A stretch of 64,000 nt of DNA from Eledone cirrhosa (GCA_964016885.1 OZ024746.1:99014001-99078000), one strand, 5' to 3'; shown: positions 14,411 through 27,616, counted from the first letter of the stretch. A program made the numbers and translations. The notes: a model not told the origin generated them from the sequence alone.

Positions 14411-14955
14411 GGTGGCTGCCAACTCGTTTTCGAGTACGGCCACTACTTTATATCCATGTAGGAGAACCCCTACCGATGCGCTGAACGAGTGTGACTTCTT
14501 AGTCCAGCCAGCGACTTGAAAACTCTGGTACAAACACTACACTTGTGACAATTACTGACACATAGTGCTGGGCCCATGGTACCATGTGACAACAAGTGCA
14601 GAGAGATCTCCAGATATAAAGCAATGCCTGTGCCGTGAAGCTTTTATAGTGAGCAAAGGCACTGCACAAAGCCAGTCCCACTCTCTTAACCAAGATGATA
14701 TTTACCAAAAAGAAGAACAAGTCAACATCATTGGATACCATCAGGGTTGCAGGTGTTATATCAGAGTTTTCCTTCTCCTAGAATTCTGCCTTGACAAAGG
14801 CTAAGGGGTCATCTCTCCCGGTGATTTTGGATGGCGATTGACTCTTAAGAGCTCCTTTGCCCTTTGACAGGTTTTGTTTTTAGTCCTGCAGGATGTCCAA
14901 AGTCACCCTCCTCACCAAGAAACCTTGGTGGGGTTGCCAGTTTAGTCGCCAACGA

Positions 14956-14992
<37 letters not shown>

Positions 14993-15464
14993 GGAATTTT
15001 ACTCTCGGGTACCAAATAATAGGTGGTGGGGTGGTGTTTTGCGCAAGAACGCAACCCAGTCCAGGAATCGAACCCACGACATTATGATCACAAGACCAAC
15101 ACCCTTACCACTAAGTTCTCCACCTTTACTACTATATAGAATATAACAATTATGTCGATAATGATTCCAATTGTTAAGTACCTAAAGTTTTCTTCTTTTA
15201 TCATCAAATTGTAATCTCTCTAAATTGTAGATTTAATACAGACATTTTTTACATGTGATCTTTGCTCTGCTATCTTTTATCTATTTAGAAAGCTAAAATA
15301 TAAAGCTATTACAAATGTGAGGTGTCAAATATTTTATCGACCATAGATAACATTTGCATAACAAATATCAAACAAACAAACAGATACCTCATTTGATATG
15401 GGGTCTAACTACATAGAGATGTTATTTTTAGTAACAAACTTGCTATCTTTAATTCGGTATTTAT

Positions 15465-15870
15465 GCCAACCCTTACCTATGGTCATGAATCTTGGGTAAT
15501 GACTGAAAGAATGTAAATAGAAGCGGCCGACATGTAGTTCATTTGAGTAGCTCGGAGATCAGAAAGCCACTCCAGGTAGAGCAGCTACTTCTCCGAATTG
15601 GGATCACAGCTTCGGACAGTGGCCAGAATGTCTAAGGAAAGAATTGTTGGACAGATTTTGTGGGTAAAACCAACCAGCAGTAGACCCAGAGGTAGAGCCC
15701 GAACAAGAAAGATGGCTAAATAACATCCGTGAGCCCGGCTGATCTCGCTTGGGGATCCAGCCGGATCAATTGGAGACAGTTGCTTCTGAGAAGACCCGCT
15801 GGAAGGAGTGTTTGAGGACTCTGCCCCCACGACCCTCCCAGAAATAAGTGGACGAAGAAGTCAGCGAAAG
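15465..15870 (+). mobile_element. RTE-clade LINE 3' fragment; related pieces at 21260-21330, 38595-38835 and 56535-56627
   Basis: Translates to PTLTYGHESWVMTERM...RPRGRARTR; the 3' UTR is shared among copies. Confidence 0.75.
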
Positions 15871-16334
15871 TGATAAACAGTTTTGTTAACATATTTCTAG
15901 TGTTAGGAACATAACTTAAAGGTTCTTACACAAAATTATGATGAAAGTTTTTAGAAATGTCTGTACTCTTTCAGCAAGCGGCGTATTCGGAGAAAACATC
16001 GGGAAGAATGCTCGCGGCATTCCTTCCGGCTCTCTGCACCCTGAGTTGAAATCCCGCTAAGGGCACCTTTGCTTTCCACCCTTTGGAGGTCGATAAAAAA
16101 TATCAGTCCAACACTGAAATCGATTGTTCCTCTATATCTTTTTCTCACTCTTTCTCTATCACTTTCCTTCTGTTGAAGAAATCGAATGTGTTCAGGAGAG
16201 TAATGGGCTCCGCTCGGTTTAAAATAGCCAACAATCGTCCTATGTAACTATGGCATACCTTCAACTCCGTTAAGAGTTATACGTTCCTAGATACAAACTT
16301 TAAATTAAAGAGTTTTGTATCACAGAATCAAGTG

Positions 16335-16603
16335 CAGGGTTGGAGTTAGACCCTGCGGAGCTCCTCATACACCAACAATTAGAATACACAGCAAACCCCC
16401 TCCAATTTTACATATCAAAGTTAGCTTGGTACAAGTAGTTGGTATTGAAAAGTTATACATATAAGTATTAAATTAAAAAAAAAATATCTAACCATCCTAA
16501 AACTAAAAAGCCCAGCTGAGGACACAAATAAATTGCTAAGGCCCTCGCTGATGCCCACTGCAGAGGGCCTGGAGAAATTGCCCCTCGATTAAATCCGGCC
16601 CTG
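16335..16603. mobile_element. hAT MITE; inverted relative at ~56793-57103
   Basis: TIRs CAGGGTTGGAGTTA / TTAAATCCGGCCCTG; perfect 8-bp TSD ATCAAGTG. Confidence 0.85.
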
Positions 16604-17190
16604 ATCAAGTGCGGTCGTAGGCGGTTTGCCATCAAAAGAGTTAAACAATTTCTAGTACAGCGGGAGGAATCCCTCTATTATGTTATCTATCTAGTTGTCA
16701 TTGTTGACGTTGATTATAGAGTTAATTTAAATAGTATACCCTCATAACTAAGTCCAATATGATTGAGCAGAAATGTTTGTTACTAATAGATAAGACAGAA
16801 GCTTTCCTGTTTAATCTCCTTACTTTAGTTTCCTTATCTAACTAGGTAGACAAATTACATCGTACAACCTCTCTTTATATATGAAGGAAATTCTGTCAGT
16901 TTATATACAACGTTCTATTTATAATATTACGAAAAGCGCAGACGACCGAATTGATTCTACAGCTACGAAATAAATCGTTCGAACTCTTGTCAATGTCATT
17001 GCATCGCACACACCCACACACATACATACACCCACACCCATACACACCCTCACAATAATAGTTATGAGAGCAAGTTTTACGCATTTACCAGATGTATTAA
17101 CTTTGCCTTTCATCATTACGGGGCCGATAAAATAAAGTACCAGTAATACACTGATATAATTGCTGGCCTTGTGCCAAAAGTAGAAACAAT

Positions 17191-17226
<36 letters not shown>

Positions 17227-17419
17227 ATATTTACATACAGAGGGGACGTTATAACATGTAAAAAAGCTGGCGTTTAGCATAGCTTGCTTTCTCCCTTTTT
17301 AGACTTCAAAAGCATTTCTTTTTAAGTTTAATTTGTCCTTTCGTTCAGACTCCTGCATACTGTTTTACCATATATATATATACACAGTGTCCTGACAAAA
17401 TTCCTCCCTTAGCTCACCC

Positions 17420-17705
17420 TGTCTAACATTGTCGACTGAATTTCCCCTGCCTCCAAACCTGGTATCATCTTCAAGAACAATCTTTAGCGTTCTGCATGTA
17501 CCAGGTTTCCAGAAAAGAACTGTCAACAGAGTTCATTGTGATGTTTGACATGTCCGGCTAACACGAGCCTCCCACGCCTAATGATGTCAGATGTGAACGG
17601 TAGAGCGATGTTCTCCAGGATATGTTCTAGACTATACTCAACATCCTGGTGAATGTGCCATTAATCCGCTTAGGGAGTGTTTTGTCAGTATCCATAGAAG
17701 GGGAT
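17420..17705 (-). mobile_element. RTE/RTE-X LINE C-terminal fragment
   Basis: Minus strand gives KTLPKRINGTFTRML..NISW..RRGRLVLAGHV with frameshifts. Confidence 0.6.
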
Positions 17706-18507
17706 GGACTCAACTGTTGCTTTGAATTGACTCATTTTTGTGGTTTTCTTGATCGGAAGAACCCACATATTTGATAGGGTGTTGCGTCACCCCCATGACA
17801 TATCCTGGAGTTCACACCGTACTCAGTGTTCGTAAAACTGCCAAGATACAAAAAGACATCGTATTTGTCTTATTACATTTGGTGTATCTGTAGAGATATT
17901 TTCCTCTTGTCAGAATTGGGAAAGAAAAACTAGTCAAAGAGGTATTAAACACATTTCCCAACGTGTCATGGCTAACCAGCTGTAATAATTCTTTCTACTT
18001 CAGGCACATGGTCAGCAATTTTGGGGCAGGGAAAAGTTGATTAAATCGACCCAGTACATTACTGGTGCTTTATTTTATCGACGCCATAAAGATGAAAGGC
18101 AAAGATAACCTCTGCAGAATTTGAACTTAGAACGTAAAAGGCCATAACTCAATGCTATAAAGGATGGTAACAGAAGAGAGGGAAGACAGACACACACATA
18201 TACATATATAATATTACATAAATCAAGTGAATGTAGTTCCATAATTTGTTAAGTAAGTCGAATCATTTTAGCACAGGTATAATCCGTAAAGTATTTAGGA
18301 AACAAACCTCAAACCTCAGGTAATATCCTCAGGTACAGAGAACGTAAATATTTGTATGAATAAGATGAACAAAATGAAAACATTTTATTCTTCTAACGCG
18401 ATTCTAAAAACACGAGCAAAGAAAAATATATGAAAAAATGTTTATCTATATATATCTGAGTATTTGCATAGTCTTCATCGGCTACATCGAATTTGCATAG
18501 TCTACAC

Positions 18508-19345
18508 CAGAGGTTCTCAAACTTTTAGGGCCACATAATACCTTCACTGCCCCTTTCACGGCCAGGTAATACCCTCACCGCCCTCCTCATGGCCACGTAA
18601 CACCCTCAGCGCCCCCAACCCTATTTCCAAAGAGACCTGCCTACATGCAAATTGTAAATATATAAATAAAATCGTTAATTTATATATAATAAATAATATA
18701 ATATATACTATGTATAAATAAATATATTTTTTTAATTTTATTATATTTATATATAATATAAATTATTTCTTTTTTTGGCACAAGGCCAGCAATTACTGGT
18801 ACTTTATTTTATCGACCCCGTAAGGATGAAAGGCAAAGTTACGCCTCGGCGGAATTTGAATTCAGAACTTAAAGCGACATAACTATGCTGCGAAGCAGTG
18901 TCTAACACTCTACCGAAACTGTTAATCCACCGCCCTATTAATAAATATAATATAATATAGATACATAAGATATATATATATATAATATAGATACAACATT
19001 TAATATACTATATATATTTATATAATAAATATAACAGATACATTATAAGATATATATATAATTGTTTCTACTTTTGGCACAAGGCCAGCAATTACCCAGT
19101 GTATTACTGGTACTTTATTTTATCGACCCCGGAAGGATGAAAGGCAAAGTTAACCTCGGCGGGATTTGAACTCAGAATGGCAAGGGCCGTAACTCAATGC
19201 GTCAAAGCATGGCGTCCGACCCTCTACCGATTTTGCCAATCCACCGCCCTTGATATATATATAATATAGATGCAACATTTGATATTTAATATACTATATC
19301 TCTAGACCTGCGCCGCCCTGGACCTTCTCAACGCCCCTCCGGTAG
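18508..19345. mobile_element. hAT MITE (same family as 20170-21124) carrying two SINE insertions
   Basis: Starts CAGAGGTTCTCAAAC and its body is the inverse of the 20170 element. The right TIR is truncated. Confidence 0.7.
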
Positions 19346-19459
19346 CGGTAGGGCCCACTTTGATCTTATAGAGTGCTCTCCCTTTGCTTGTTATATTTTT
19401 AGCACCCTTATAGGCTACATTACAATTGCTTGGATAAACTCAGCCAATCGAAGATTTTT

Positions 19460-19537
19460 ATGTCATATTACATACGTGAAATACATAATATATATATATA
19501 TATATATATATATTATGTCATTACATAAGTGAAATAC

Positions 19538-19573
<36 letters not shown>

Positions 19574-19594
19574 GTCATTACATAAGTGAAATAC

Positions 19595-19630
<36 letters not shown>

Positions 19631-19651
19631 GTCATTACATACGTGAAATAC

Positions 19652-19687
<36 letters not shown>

Positions 19688-20085
19688 GTCATTACATAAG
19701 TGAAATACATAATATATATATATATATATATTATGTCATATTACATGTGAAATACATAATATATATATATATATATATTATGTCATATTACATAAGTGAA
19801 ATACATAATATATATATACATATATATTATGTCATATTACATACGTGAAATACATAATATATATATATATATATATTATGTCATATTACATAAGTGAAAT
19901 ACATAATATATATATATATATATATTATGTCATATTACATGTGAAATACATAATATATATATATATATATATATATATTATGTCATATTACATGTGAAAT
20001 ACATAATATATATATACATATATATTATGTCATATTACATACGTGAAATACATAATATATATTATGTCATATTACATACGTGAAA
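19460..20085. repeat. Minisatellite TATGTCATATTACATA(C/A)GTGAAATACATAA+(TA)n
   Basis: About 12 copies with variable TA tracts. Confidence 0.9.
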
Positions 20086-20169
20086 AGGTGAAATACTGTT
20101 GTGTCGTAGTTAAAACATTGGTTTCTTTTGACTGGAATACATAGCTGATAATTTCGAAGTACTCTAATG

Positions 20170-20949
20170 CAGAGGTTCTTAAAGTGGGCGCTACCGCCCC
20201 CTGGGGGCCGTTGAGAAGGTCCGGGGGGGTGCTGGGGCCTAATTGGGTAGAGATAATATAGAAGTATATTAAATATCAAATGATACACATATATCAATAT
20301 AGTATATATTATATATAAACATATATATAAATATAGTAAAAATAAATATATATTTATTTATACATAGTATATATAGTATATATTATATTATTTACTAGCA
20401 GTGGTACCCAGCGTTGCACGGGATACGGTATTTTGGAACGCAGGCCGCCAACAGACCTAATCGTGGAAAAACTGCATGCCTCGACAATATGAAAACAAAA
20501 TAAACCGAATACTCTGATGGCTGGATAATCTTTAAGATTTTCCTCGATGAAGCATGAAAATTGCAGGTTTTCACCTAATGCGGGCCCTAGAGGATCAAGA
20601 AAATGAATTTCTTTTATGTGTATAATATGCCTTGAAATTTAGGGAAAATCGGCTAGACGTAACGCCTCAAAAAAGCCCTAAAAAGCTGAAAAAAAATGAA
20701 GTTTTTCACCTAATGCGGGCTCTAGGCCATAAAAAGTTGGATTTTCTTTGGTCACGGTATGAAGAAGAGACTGTCTAATACATAGTTACAATTTCAAGGA
20801 AATCGGCTAGACGTAACGCCTCAAAACCCCCATAAAAATCTGGAAAAAAATGCAGTTTTTCACCTAAAAAAAAATGCAGTTTTTCAACCTAGGTTGAATT
20901 TTTATGTGTATAACTCTCTGAAACATAAGTAATACACGTGTAAAGTTTG

Positions 20950-20981
<32 letters not shown>

Positions 20982-21124
20982 GGTTGGGTACTTCGAGTTT
21001 TAGGGATTTCACACAGACAGACATCCTCAGTTTTATATATATAGATATATAAATTAACGATTTTATTTATTATATATATATATATTATTTACAATTTGCG
21101 TGTAGGTAGGTCCGAGAACCTCTG
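20170..21124. mobile_element. hAT MITE with a nested Helitron
   Basis: TIR CAGAGGTTCT/AGAACCTCTG; perfect TSD CTCTAATG (20162-20169 and 21125-21132). Confidence 0.9.
20395..21045 (-). mobile_element. Non-autonomous Helitron
   Basis: Minus strand starts TCTATATATATAAAA and ends with the hairpin CCCGTGCAACGCTGGG then CTAG. Inserted between A and T with no TSD. Confidence 0.85.
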
Positions 21125-21580
21125 CTCTAATGCTTCGGTCTTTATTGTATTAATCAATGAGCAGACGATGGAAGATACAATTCAACATGAAGTAGAAGTG
21201 AAGAACTACATTCTGTAAGATAGACACAAGAAATTATTAATTCAAACATTTCGTCGCCGTTAATAACATCCATGAGCTCAGTTGGTGACGCTTGAGAGTG
21301 GGACCCAGCCGGATCATGTGGAGGCCGTTGCTCCTGACAGAACCAGCTAGAAGATGCAATCAAGAAGTCTTTCATGCATTTGTTGTTATGAGAATGGTAT
21401 CCTCAGATGAAATCCGATTTAGTGATATGCTGCCGGCAGGGAAAAAACGCACGTCCTTCTGCTCCTGCGTCCAGCAGACATGTTTTTACCAAATAATCTC
21501 TTCGGAACATATATATACAAGTCTATTCCGGGTTCAATCGGGGGTAACCACAGTAAGTAAGGTACTCAATACAAAGCAGA

Positions 21581-21629
21581 GCTTCCTGATGATTTCTCCC
21601 GAATGAAACAGTTCTAGTCCTGTAGAAGC
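21581..21629 (+). ncRNA. Type I hammerhead ribozyme in a fold-back element next to (TA)n
   Basis: GCTTC-CTGATGA-TTTC tccc GAAT-GAAA-CAG ttctagtc CTG-TA-GAAGC. Confidence 0.75.
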
Positions 21630-21640
21630 CTTTTCTATAT

Positions 21641-21748
<108 letters not shown>

Positions 21749-21751
21749 GTT

Positions 21752-22100
21752 CCGATGGTGGATGGGTGTTACAGGAGAATGCCGAGTATGGCTCTGAACA
21801 TTAATCAGTATACACTGAGGATGAAAAACTCAGCTGTACGGGATCCTCCCAGAAGTCTGCTCGAGAGAAGCACAGAGGAGACCGAGGTTAGCTGGACATG
21901 CTCACCGACATCCAGAGTTGACATTGCACTCAGTGCTCCTGTGGGAGCCCCTACATGGACACACTGGAAGAGGGAGACCGAGGTTAACATATGTTGATGC
22001 CCTAAGGACAGACACTGGTCTGTTAGAGGCGCAGGACAAGGCAGGTCAGAGACCGATGGAGAGAACTCGTCCCTGGATCTCGGGAATTTTACCCGCCCTA
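21752..22100 (+). mobile_element. RTE-X-like LINE 3' fragment
   Basis: Translates to VDGCYRRM..ALNI...LAGHAHRH..VLLWEPLHGHTGRGRPRLTYVDALRTDTGL. Confidence 0.75.
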
Positions 22101-22171
22101 CATAATATATATATATAATGTTCATTCGTGTGGCTTTGTAGCTTAAGGTGTTTGTCACATTTAATCTCTAA

Positions 22172-22243
22172 TTTTCTCGCTGATGATGCGTATTATCTGT
22201 TTCTCAGGGCGAAACAGATTAAATGTTTAATCTGTCCGGGAGA
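22172..22243 (+). ncRNA. Type I hammerhead ribozyme with a long stem III
   Basis: TTTCTCG-CTGATGA-(weak stem II)-GAAA-CAGATTAAA tg TTTAATCTG-TC-CGGGAGA, inside a ~250-bp island between (TA)n tracts. Confidence 0.7.
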
Positions 22244-22361
22244 TGTAATAGTTATTGAGACGGTCAGTATATTTTCTGTATTTCCGTTTGCTTCAGGTTA
22301 AATTTGTCAAACCAATGTGGTATCAACCCTCGTAATTTTAGACACGATTTACTGTGTTTAT

Positions 22362-22395
<34 letters not shown>

Positions 22396-22609
22396 CAATC
22401 AGTGGAAGTTGTGTCCAGGACTGCCTCCACGACTCTCCCTGAGTGGGCGAAGAAGTCACCGTTAATGTGAATGTCAGTTTTGGATCGCTAGAAATTTAAA
22501 CCCTTTTCTATAGCAACAAGGTTCACAACATGTGTGGGTTTCTTGTGTGTTTTTTGTTTTCAAGTGCGTGTTTGCATTGATCTCTCTTTCACTCACTGCC
22601 GCCGCCTCT

Positions 22610-22950
22610 CACCCTCCCCATCTTTCAATATTATAAGCAATGCGCTGGCCGCCCTGTGGTCTCCTCGGACAGAATAGAGAAGGTATTTCCCCGGAGGTTT
22701 TTGAGGAAGACGCGCTGGAAGTGCAATTCCAGCTCACGAGGCTCACACCTGCGGGTAACCAACTAGTGCCAATGGTGGTGAGTAGGGAGGTGGTCCTAGG
22801 GCCACGGACACCAGAAGTCTTCACTGCTACAGGATACTGATGGTGGTGAGTAGAGAGGTGGTCCTAGGGTCAAGGACACCAGAGGTCTCCACTGCTACGT
22901 GCTCGACCGCAAACCTGTCAGTGAACGATCGATATTTGGAGAGTTAACCC
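22610..22950 (-). mobile_element. CRE-clade non-LTR retrotransposon 3' end (restriction-like endonuclease domain)
   Basis: Translates to LSKYRSFTDRFAV..VAVETSGVL...TTSLLTTIG..RRCEPRELE; has an internal ~60-bp duplication. Confidence 0.75.
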
Positions 22951-23065
22951 TCCTCGGCCCGAAGTGCACCAGAGCTTATGCAAGGGACAGGTGCAGTTTC
23001 ATTAAGGATGTCAGTGAGTAAACTTGAAATAACCGCCGTATGTGATTGTATTCTCACTCCTCTCT

Positions 23066-24349
23066 CGTGTCATAGAGAGAAGAACGAGGTACAGGGAAGC
23101 TATCTCTCTCCTCTGTAGTGTCAGAGAGAAGAACGAGGTACAGGGAAGCTATCTCTCTCCTCTGTAGTGTCATAGAGAGAAGAACGAGGTACAGGGAAGC
23201 TATCTCTCTCCTCTGTAGTGTCATAGAGAGAAGAACGAGGTACAGGGAAGCTATCTCTCTCCTCTGTAGTGTCATAGAGAGAAGAACGAGGTACAGGGAA
23301 GCTATCTCTCTCCTCTGTAGTGTCATAGAGAGAAGAACGAGGTACAGGGAAGCTATCTCTCTCCTCTGTAGTGTCAGAGAGAAGAACGAGGTACAGGGAA
23401 GCTATCTCTCTCCTCTGTAGTGTCATAGAGAGAAGAACGAGGTACAGGGAAGCTATCTCTCTCCTCTGTAGTGTCAGAGAGAAGAACGAGATACAGGGAA
23501 GCTATCTCTCTCCTCTGTAGTGTCAGAGAGAAGAACGAGGTACAGGGAAGCTATCTCTCTCCTCTGTAGTGTCAGAGAGAAGAACGAGGTACAGGGAAGC
23601 TATCTCTCCTCTGTAGTGTCATAGAGAGAAGAACGAGGTAGAGGGAAGCTATCTCTCTCCTCTGTAGTGCCATAGAGAGAAGAACGAGGTAGAGGGAAGC
23701 TATCTCTCTCCTCTGTAGTGCCATAGAGAGAAGAACGAGGTACAGGGAAGCTATCTCTCTCCTCTGTAGTCTCAGAGAGAAGAACGAGGTACAGGGAAGC
23801 TATCTCTCTCCTCTGTAGTGTCATAGAGAGAAGAACGAGGTAGAGGGAAGCTATCTCTCTCCTCTGTAGTCTCAGAGAGAAGAACGAGGTAGAGGGAAGC
23901 TATCTCTCTCCTCTGTAGTCTCAGAGAGAAGAACGAGGTAGAGGGAAGCTATCTCTCTCCTCTGTAGTCTCAGAGAGAAGAACGAGGTACAGGGAAGCTA
24001 TCTCTCTCCTCTGTAGTCTCAGAGAGAAGAACGAGGTACAGGGAAGCTATCTCTCTCCTCTGTAGTCTCAGAGAGAAGAACGAGGTACAGGGAAGCTATC
24101 TCCCTCCTCTGTAATCTCATAGAAAGAAGAACGAGGTAGAGGGAAGCTATCTCCCTCCTCTGTAGTGTCATAGAGAGAAGAACGAGGTACAGGGAAGCTA
24201 TCTCCCTCCTCTGTAATCTCATAGAAAGAAGAACGAGGTAGAGGGAAGCTATCTCCCTCCTCTGTAGTCTCAGAGAGAAGAACGAGGTACAGGGAAGCTA
24301 TCTCTCTCCTCTGTAGTCTCAGAGAGAAGAACGAGGTAGAGGGAAGCTA
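23066..24349. repeat. 49-51-bp minisatellite, ~25 copies
   Basis: Unit (TCAT)AGAGAGAAGAACGAGGTACAGGGAAGCTATCTCTCTCCTCTGTAGTG, with no unique spacers. Confidence 0.97.
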
Positions 24350-24739
24350 GTGTGCTATGTAATACAATGCACTGCTGTTGGGACACAAATTCACAAAAGA
24401 ATAATAGAAACAATATACTGATCCACATACGTCTCCTGTGACATTTACACTCACTACCTAAGTAGGTTTTATTATAAGCTCACAATATCAACACTATTTC
24501 AACCATCAGTCATTGTTAAACGGCCCCTTTCTCCTTGTCACACATACATCCACGTTCACTCCCCCCCCCCTACACACAAGCCCTTACATGACATGCAAAT
24601 TACTATATTTCGCTGTTAATTGTAGTAGGGACATTTTTTTAGTAAAATATTTCACTTCACAAGCATGTTATTTTGGTCATGTGTATTATTTTCATTTTTT
24701 GTAAATAACTATCACACACACAATATATATATATATATA

Positions 24740-24935
24740 TAAAGAATTGTGGTAAGGAACCAAATGGACCATAACGCACCAGAGTACTCAATACTTAGGG
24801 TAGTAGAGTGGGAAATAGGAAAAAGTATGCCCGACGGCAGAGCTCACGCCGTTTCGACGGCTATTTCTGGAAATAGCCGTCGAAACGGCTTGAACTCTGC
24901 CATGGGGGGGGGGGGGGGTAATACTTTTTCCTATA
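24740..24935. mobile_element. Fold-back PLE-like terminal fragment; relative at 6630-6760
   Basis: Shared GTGGTAAGGAACCA..GGACCATAA.GCACCAGAGTA; long palindrome centred near 24869; HHR 3' half GAAA-CGGC..GCCG-TC on the minus strand. Confidence 0.6.
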
Positions 24936-25610
24936 TATATATATATATATATATCTATATCCAAAATTAAGATAAATTAAATGAATGTAATCTAAATCAA
25001 AATTATGGGTGTCATGCCATATCGCTTGGAAAATAAGCTCAAAGATTCTATCGAGTAGGTCCGGTCCGAGCATTTTATAATAAGTAGAAATTGATTAACA
25101 TATGTACTATACATACACCTCATCAAGGTGTAGTGCACCTGATCACTGTACACAATATTTCATTATTATATATATAAACATGAATAATCACAGGAGATAA
25201 TTTTTTACACGCTTGTAAAAATTATCTCCTGTGATTATTCATGTTTATAAATTTCTAGTTATATATATATATATATATAAATATATAAAGAGTGTTGTAG
25301 TTTGCTTGAAGCATTGTTGAATAGGAAATATAAATAATTTTTTAAACCATACAATGTATTAGAAAATTAAAATTGCCAGGATAATAGAATCTTACCTTAG
25401 CAAATTTAATAATTATTAAATTTGTTGCTAAGTTAAGATCTATTATCTTGACAATTTTAATTTTCTAATGCATTGTATATATGTATATGCAGTAATAATA
25501 ATAAATGTGAAGACTAAAATCCGAAGAGGGCTCGATAAGGATTATATATATGAAACTATATAAAACCAACCAACCAACCAACCAACCAACCAACCAACCA
25601 ACCAACCAAC

Positions 25611-25644
<34 letters not shown>

Positions 25645-27094
25645 AGACTAGATATGTCTGTTTTTATATATACGTAGGGTTACAAGATCCCGCGCGTATG
25701 TGCGCACATAAAAAAGTGTGTTTATGAAAATACTGCGTGTAAGACATGCATGTTTAACTGGGTCCAACAAAATTAGTTGGTCAAACAATTCCTTAAGGAC
25801 TAGCTGAGAATTAAATCATTTGTAGTCAGCCCTTCTTTACCCCTTCCTCATTTTCTCATTATTTAATTTTGTTTTTAAAATAGGAGTGGAAATGAGGCCC
25901 GAACGAGTATTATCCACTACCAACTAACTAACCCTTCGCCTCTGAGTCCAAGCCGACAGGATGGAGAATATATTAACCCAGAGAGGCACTGGAAATTGTA
26001 CACTTTACACGTTTATTTATTAATTAATTGTTTCGACTTTTCGCACAAGGCCAGCAATTAGCCAGTGTATTACTGGTACTTTATTTTATCGACCCCATAA
26101 GGATGAAAGGAAAAGTTAACCTCGGCGGGATTTGAACTCAGAATGGCAAGGGACGTAACTCTGCGTCAAATCATGGCGTCCGACCCTCTACATTTATTTA
26201 TTAATTAATTGTTTCTACTTTTGGCACAAGGCCAGCAATAACCTGGTACATTACTGGTACTTTATTTTATCGACCTCGTAAGGATGGAAGGCAAAGTTAA
26301 CCTCGGTTAATTTATTTATTAATTAATGGGTATTAGTGAGAAAATAGGCGGCGAATTGGCAGAGTCGTTAAAACGTCGGATAGAATGCTTCATAGTATAC
26401 GTTCCGGCTCTTTGCTGTCCCGAGTTCAACTTTGTCTTTCATCCTTTCGAGGTTGATAAAGTAGCAGTCTGGGGTCGATTCTTCCTCTATATCTCCCTAA
26501 CTTTCTATCTTTCTCTGGAAGAAATCTGCTGTACTGAGGTCTTTAAATGCCCAATAAACGCCGTGTGTAAATACGGCGACCCTACGACTATCAGGAGTTA
26601 AGGGACCATACATACATACATACACGTCTGAGAGTAGAATTCTTGAAATTGTTTTTGTTGGAGTCACACAAATGAAATGAGAATTTAATGAATATTCCAA
26701 TATAGTTGTCTGGTAAAGGCGACTATAACTGCAATATAATTATATAGTATGGAAGGGGAGAGTGAAAAAATAGAGATTATAATGGTATGAAGAACAGCGA
26801 AAAAGCCGAAGTCAGCGAGAGCGAGACATGCACGTATACATGTCTTTGTTTACATGTATGCGAGTGTGTATATATGTATATATTCACTTACATACATACA
26901 CAGATTGTGTGCGTATGTATGTGCGTGCATATATATATATATATACAAACAAACATGCGTATATATCAAGTACGTATTGTATAGTTAATATACGGAATGT
27001 TTACGAAAAACATTTGAAGGCCTCTCGCCATGAAGATCTATATTATTCAATATACAATAGCTAACATTTATATGTATATCGCTATGTAGGAGCA

Positions 27095-27145
<51 letters not shown>

Positions 27146-27567
27146 TGAAGTAAAAGTTAAGTGGAGATATCTAAGAGGAAGAGCACACAGTCCATAGGAC
27201 GAGTTTAGTATATATAATTACAACAGTGACATAAACAGGTACCCAAATTCCAGAACTCAACGAAACTCGAGTACCTGTTTATATGACTGTTGTAATTACA
27301 TATATATACACACATGTATTCCCCAGATATTAAGTACTCCGATGATTAGTGGTTTCCCCGGTTTCAGCACTGCCTGCCTGCCTGCATATATATATATATA
27401 TAAATGAATGGCTTCTACAGGAGTAGAACTGTTTCATTCGAAGGAAATCATCAAACAGTTCTAGTCCTGTAAAAGCTATTTCTATATTAAATATTGTATA
27501 TACTCGACTATGTATTGAGTACTTTACTTACTGTGGTTACCCCCGATTGAACCCGATACCCCCCCCC

Positions 27568-27616
<49 letters not shown>

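Noticed and set aside
8176-14533. Very long minus-strand ORFs (up to 1749 aa)
   Set aside because: Translations of the TA-derived satellite (Y/I/V/M/C only). Stops are absent because of repeat composition.
23066-24349. CRISPR-like regular array
   Set aside because: Head-to-tail minisatellite with no unique spacers, no cas genes, and a eukaryotic context. The same applies to 52552-53208 and 57160-57975.
25895-25990. HDV-like or twister ribozyme pseudoknot (also 61970-62060)
   Set aside because: Two crossing helices can be drawn, but the catalytic consensus residues are missing and the sequence is explained as the end of the CRE ORF plus 3' UTR.
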